Virus record (IMG/VR): IMGVR_UViG_3300028833_000001
Coordinates: 127,171-191,170 of that record
Strand: one strand, 5' to 3'
Source of the DNA: a virus
Taxonomy: Duplodnaviria; Heunggongvirae; Uroviricota; Caudoviricetes
DNA: 64,000 bases
The notes under the pieces are model-generated. The model was given only the letters and a program-made list of their open reading frames with translations, did no database searches and had not been told where the DNA came from. Shown in pieces: positions 60,132-64,000 of this stretch. The translations under genes were made by a program, and so were the position numbers. The number at the start of each line of letters is the position of its first letter. The stretch's first letter is position 1.

Positions 60132-61910
60132 ATGTCAAGTTTTGAAGAAACCCTAGCCAGAATGAAAGGGCTTTATACTTACGGACAAGAACTTAATGAA
60201 GATAAAAGAACACCTAATTGCACATTGGAATACCATAAATTGGGCGCCGATGGAGTTAATTATGGTATAGTTAAAGAATGTAGTAAGTATTATATCAAAT
60301 CAGCCCCTAAGGGCAAGGAAAATATTGCGGAAGCTTATGACTATCTAGGCGGATTCTGCAATAAAAAAAATTATGAATATACAAGTTATGCGAATGCACT
60401 AAAACATTTCAAATTAAAACTTGGTTCTATAAATGAAGCGTATGATTCAAATGTACAAACGGAAAATACTGATAGTTTTATGTCAAATTCGCTAATGACT
60501 GAATCAAGCGAAAGCATGATGCGTGAAATTGCACGTCAGCGCCAAATCATGTACAATGTATCAATGATTATGAACGAATCATGCGATATTAATCCGAACA
60601 AATACCCAGTTAAATGCAATGACAAAAATCCTGAAGCAGAAACTGGTAAATCTGGTAGTGAAGGGTACACAAAAACTAATGCAAAGCCAGAATATAACGG
60701 ACAAAAAACTAAAGGCTTGCAAAAGAAAGCTGCACCTTTTAAAGATGAACCAAAAAAATCTGAAGACCAACTAGAAGAATGTTGTTGTTCTTCTGAAGAT
60801 GACTGGGGGTCAAGAGGTTTGTGTAAAGGTAAAGACCCTAAAAAAATAGGTTGGGAAATGGATAATCAAGAAGTGGTATCTGAAGAGTGCGAAGAGTGGG
60901 ACGAAGGATTGCCTAACACTTCTGGAGTTGGTGAAGCTGATACCAGCAAAAACAATGCTCCATTTAATAAAAGTGTGAATGAAGAAGAAGACAACGATTT
61001 TGATTATGAAGTATCAGATGATGATATTGATTCTGACGATGATATTGATTCTGACGATGATATTGATTTAGGTGTCGATGGTGATATTGACAATTCAGAA
61101 GATGAAGATGTTATAGATTCTGATGAAGATATGCCAGAAGGAGATGAAGATATGCCAGAAGGAGATGAAGATGCTGTGGATTCTGATGAAGATATGCCAG
61201 AAGACAGTGAAGATGTTGAGGGTTCTGATGAAGATATTGCAAACGACGATGAATTTGCTGATGGCGAAGAAGACAATGCTGACATTGATGGTGATGTAAC
61301 AACAGATGATATTGACATTGATGACGACATCGATGATTTAGATTTAGATTTTGGCGCCACAGACGACTATGACAATGAAGATGACTTTGACGGTGACAAT
61401 GATTTTGAGTCTGAAGACGAAATTGAAGGTAACGATGAGTCAGATTTAGGAACGGAATACGACAATGACGATAACATTGATTTCGGTGAAGAATATAATG
61501 ATGATTTTTCAGATGATGAGTTTGAAAACGACGATTTAGACAATGAAAACAATGAAATTGAAGAATGTGGCGATGGATGTAATCCTAATCCAAACGCAAT
61601 GTTAGAATCTAAACGTAAAAAAATGGACCAAATTGTTGAAAATGTAGTATCAAAAATATTATCAGAAGATGAGCTACATGTATTCGGTAAACATCCTGGA
61701 TATAGGAAAAAACCTTTCACATTGCCACAAACTGGAGAAGATAAAAATCAGTGGGGTGAAGATTGGAATGACGAAAGCGTGTATAGCGAACAACCATTTG
61801 GGGAAACAATTGGCGACGGAAAACCTTTTGACGAATTAGTACAAAAAATTACTAACGATGTTCTTTACCAATTAAAGACTGGTTCGGCTTTTAAAAAAAA
61901 AGTCAAGTAA
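60132..61910 (+). CDS. hyper-acidic low-complexity protein (D/E-rich repeats)
   Basis: DDDIDSDDDIDSDDDIDLGVDGDID...DEDMPEGDEDMPEGDED. Start set at MSSFEETLARMKG. Confidence 0.55.
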   Translation: MSSFEETLARMKGLYTYGQELNEDKRTPNCTLEYHKLGADGVNYGIVKECSKYYIKSAPKGKENIAEAYDYLGGFCNKKNYEYTSYANALKHFKLKLGSINEAYDSNVQTENTDSFMSNSLMTESSESMMREIARQRQIMYNVSMIMNESCDINPNKYPVKCNDKNPEAETGKSGSEGYTKTNAKPEYNGQKTKGLQKKAAPFKDEPKKSEDQLEECCCSSEDDWGSRGLCKGKDPKKIGWEMDNQEVVSEECEEWDEGLPNTSGVGEADTSKNNAPFNKSVNEEEDNDFDYEVSDDDIDSDDDIDSDDDIDLGVDGDIDNSEDEDVIDSDEDMPEGDEDMPEGDEDAVDSDEDMPEDSEDVEGSDEDIANDDEFADGEEDNADIDGDVTTDDIDIDDDIDDLDLDFGATDDYDNEDDFDGDNDFESEDEIEGNDESDLGTEYDNDDNIDFGEEYNDDFSDDEFENDDLDNENNEIEECGDGCNPNPNAMLESKRKKMDQIVENVVSKILSEDELHVFGKHPGYRKKPFTLPQTGEDKNQWGEDWNDESVYSEQPFGETIGDGKPFDELVQKITNDVLYQLKTGSAFKKKVK

Positions 61911-61999
61911 GTAGTATTTCTGAAGATAAAAAAAAAGTTATTAAAATAAAGAAAAAAGCGCCTTCTGCACCAGTCGATAATGGTGAAGGTGCTTTTTCT

Positions 62000-62467
62000 A
62001 TGCCACAGCAAAACGTGCCTGAACCTTCTAATATTGATACGGAACCAATTGGACAAGATACTCCTATGGACCAAGATACTCCTATGGACCAAGAACCTCC
62101 TATGGACCAACCAATGAATGACATGGGAAATACTGATATGCCACAAGACGATATGGGAAGTATGCCTGAAAATGGAGACAATATTGGTGATATGGGTGAT
62201 GACAGTACAATGGGTATAATTAACCAATTAAGTGATACCGACAAAAAAGCAGTACGAGCATACGCTGAAAGTATGTTAGATAGAGATGAAACACCAAATG
62301 ATAATAATATGTATGAAAATTTTATTTTCACAAAAGGTCAATTAGATAAAATACATGAAGTGTTAATGGCGAATGACGATAACCATGAAAAAGACCCAAT
62401 AGACAAAGTTAATAAAAAAACAAAAAAAGGTAATACTAAATCGCCGTTCGATTCTCCGTTTGCATAA
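62000..62467 (+). CDS. acidic protein with DTPMDQ repeats
   Basis: QDTPMDQDTPMDQEPPMDQPMNDMGNTDMPQDDMG. Confidence 0.45.
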   Translation: MPQQNVPEPSNIDTEPIGQDTPMDQDTPMDQEPPMDQPMNDMGNTDMPQDDMGSMPENGDNIGDMGDDSTMGIINQLSDTDKKAVRAYAESMLDRDETPNDNNMYENFIFTKGQLDKIHEVLMANDDNHEKDPIDKVNKKTKKGNTKSPFDSPFA

Positions 62468-62489
62468 TATATAAATAAAAATTTATAGT

Positions 62490-63143
62490 ATGAAAAAGAA
62501 ATTTATAATAACAAAAGCCCAATTACGACACATACAAGAAAGCGTTGACGTTTCTGTTAAACCAGCTGGCAACAACGTATCATCAGTTACACAAGCACTT
62601 ACAAGTCCAGAAACACTGAACGATATAAATAAGGCAAAACAAACAAGTAACGATGTTAATGCTGTTATACAATCAGACGATGACAAACCAGTTGTCGATT
62701 TAAATGTTGCAAAAGGTGAAACAGTCCAATCTGCTATTGCAAACAATCAAGATGTTCAAAAAGCCATAAACAACAACGCTGGCTTAAGAGTTCATGGCGA
62801 TGGTTATCCAAATGAGTCAAAATTGTACACCAAGTCAAAAATAGAGGAAATGAGACTTGGTAAGATGTTAGACAATGGTGTTGCAATCAAGAAAGGTTTA
62901 TTTGAAGAAGCTGTAAATACTAACACTGGCTATAAATCTTGGACACCAGAAATACTTGAAGAAATTTATTCAAATATAGAGGATTATAGTAAAAATAGTG
63001 AAGAATATAAAGCTGTAAGGCACGCAGTGCTTGAAATGCAGAGACGTGGTATTAAATATCCGTTTTTATGCAAAGATAAATTTCCAAGCATTTTAATGTA
63101 CGAAGGAAGCTATTTTGCTAACGGTAATTTAATTGAAGATTAA
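62490..63143 (+). CDS. hypothetical protein with the recurrent N-terminal motif
   Basis: Starts MKKKFIITKAQLRHIQESV. Confidence 0.5.
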   Translation: MKKKFIITKAQLRHIQESVDVSVKPAGNNVSSVTQALTSPETLNDINKAKQTSNDVNAVIQSDDDKPVVDLNVAKGETVQSAIANNQDVQKAINNNAGLRVHGDGYPNESKLYTKSKIEEMRLGKMLDNGVAIKKGLFEEAVNTNTGYKSWTPEILEEIYSNIEDYSKNSEEYKAVRHAVLEMQRRGIKYPFLCKDKFPSILMYEGSYFANGNLIED

Positions 63144-63165
63144 AATAAAATTTCATTCATCAAAG

Positions 63166-64000
63166 ATGAGAACAATCTTTTTAAATGAATCACAATTAAA
63201 CGATATTGTTCCTTCTGTTAAAGGAGCAAATTCCGATATTGGCAATAATATGGGTTTAGAAATGAATGAAAAGATTATTAACGACATGGCAAACAACACC
63301 ACATTTTTTGGTGACTGTTTAAGCGGATATGAAGTTAATGGCGAATCATGGATTGAAAAAATTGTAGTACCAACATTTGACGGACTTTTGAAAAACAAAA
63401 TAATGTCTGGGTTGAATACGGTTGCAGATATTGAACTAAGGCTTTCTAAATTAATGGCTAAATGTGTTGAACTTGAAAAACCAGTACGTGAAAACCTTGA
63501 AAAAGCATGTTTTAACTACGTAATTGAATTGTTTGGAGTTCCAGATGATTTTATAATGATTGATTTAAAGCTATGTGATAATATTGACATGAGAGATGAG
63601 AATATTATACTTGACCCAATAGATGGGGACATGCAAAATAAAGATGCTGGAATAAGTTTAAAACATGAAATAAATAAACGAAAACTTTTATTAGCGTTAT
63701 GCGTTGGATGTGGAATGTGCTTTTCAAGAGATAGTAAAAACTATTGTCAAGATTTACCAATAGAAAATGAAAAATTGTCTGAATTATATCATGAAATTTT
63801 AATTTTAAATACTTTATTGCTGTTTCTTAAAAGCGAAGATTCAATTACAGATAAAGATAAAAAGCAAATAGGTTGTTCAATTGTAAAACTTGGAAATAGT
63901 GAGAATAAAACTCGTATTTCTGTACAAGCTAAAATATTTCCAGTATTACTCAGTGAAACCATTAGCGCTTTAATGGAGTTGTTCATATCTCATGGTTTAC
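63166..64000 (+). CDS. hypothetical protein, 3'-truncated by the window end, with the recurrent N-terminal motif
   Basis: Starts MRTIFLNESQLNDIVPSV and stays open to the window edge. It is not in the ORF track because it is truncated. Confidence 0.45.
   Translation, partial: MRTIFLNESQLNDIVPSVKGANSDIGNNMGLEMNEKIINDMANNTTFFGDCLSGYEVNGESWIEKIVVPTFDGLLKNKIMSGLNTVADIELRLSKLMAKCVELEKPVRENLEKACFNYVIELFGVPDDFIMIDLKLCDNIDMRDENIILDPIDGDMQNKDAGISLKHEINKRKLLLALCVGCGMCFSRDSKNYCQDLPIENEKLSELYHEILILNTLLLFLKSEDSITDKDKKQIGCSIVKLGNSENKTRISVQAKIFPVLLSETISALMELFISHGL

Noticed and set aside
61004-61720. Ser-rich minus-strand ORFs (61004..61360, 61367..61720) and the His/Gln-rich 61111..61302
   Set aside because: They are antisense shadows of the D/E-repeat gene, since GAT/GAA repeats read as ATC/TTC on the other strand.

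Overview
AT-rich (~30% GC), gene-dense, phage-like window. Start codons have no Shine-Dalgarno sequences; instead an A/T-rich element (CAATTAAAATTTA) sits just upstream of most ATGs, suggesting a large phage of an SD-independent host (Bacteroidota-like). This host assignment is inference. Two architectures are visible. (1) From about 3.3 to 25.1 kb there is a single minus-strand array of roughly 45 small genes, mostly acidic, membrane or unknown. Nineteen of them are preceded by a near-perfect copy of the sigma-54 -24/-12 consensus (TGGCACG-N4-TTGCA), which also precedes a phage-encoded sigma-70-family factor gene. The array also carries a 7-copy GC-rich palindrome (GGGTACGC-N4-GCGTACCC), duplicated promoter cassettes, paralogous gene pairs, and one promoter that drives a repeat-containing non-coding stretch. 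(2) From 25.8 to 64 kb there is a mosaic of larger genes on both strands with intrinsic terminators. Recognisable products include IF-1 (infA), a ClpA/ClpC-like Hsp100 ATPase, Hsp20, a classical AAA ATPase, a UvrD-like SF1 helicase, dUTPase, a HAD 5'-nucleotidase, a metallophosphatase, an Amidase_3 endolysin, SprT-like and other HExxH proteins, a NADAR domain protein, an SPFH lipoprotein, and a TnpB-only IS200/605-like element with a degenerate zinc finger. Also present are a collagen-like-repeat fibre protein, a hyper-acidic 593-aa protein, and a large multidomain protein with HExxH, a zinc ribbon and a nucleotidyltransferase motif. A ~20-residue motif (I-x-L-T/N-E-x-Q-L-K-x-L-V-x-E) recurs in at least 10 otherwise unrelated proteins. 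Non-coding regions of note are a GC-elevated 2.44-3.1 kb stretch with a tRNA-like T-arm that ends in a strong terminator, and an iteron-bearing 25.13-25.77 kb intergenic region. No CRISPR array or rRNA was seen, and no complete tRNA could be folded.
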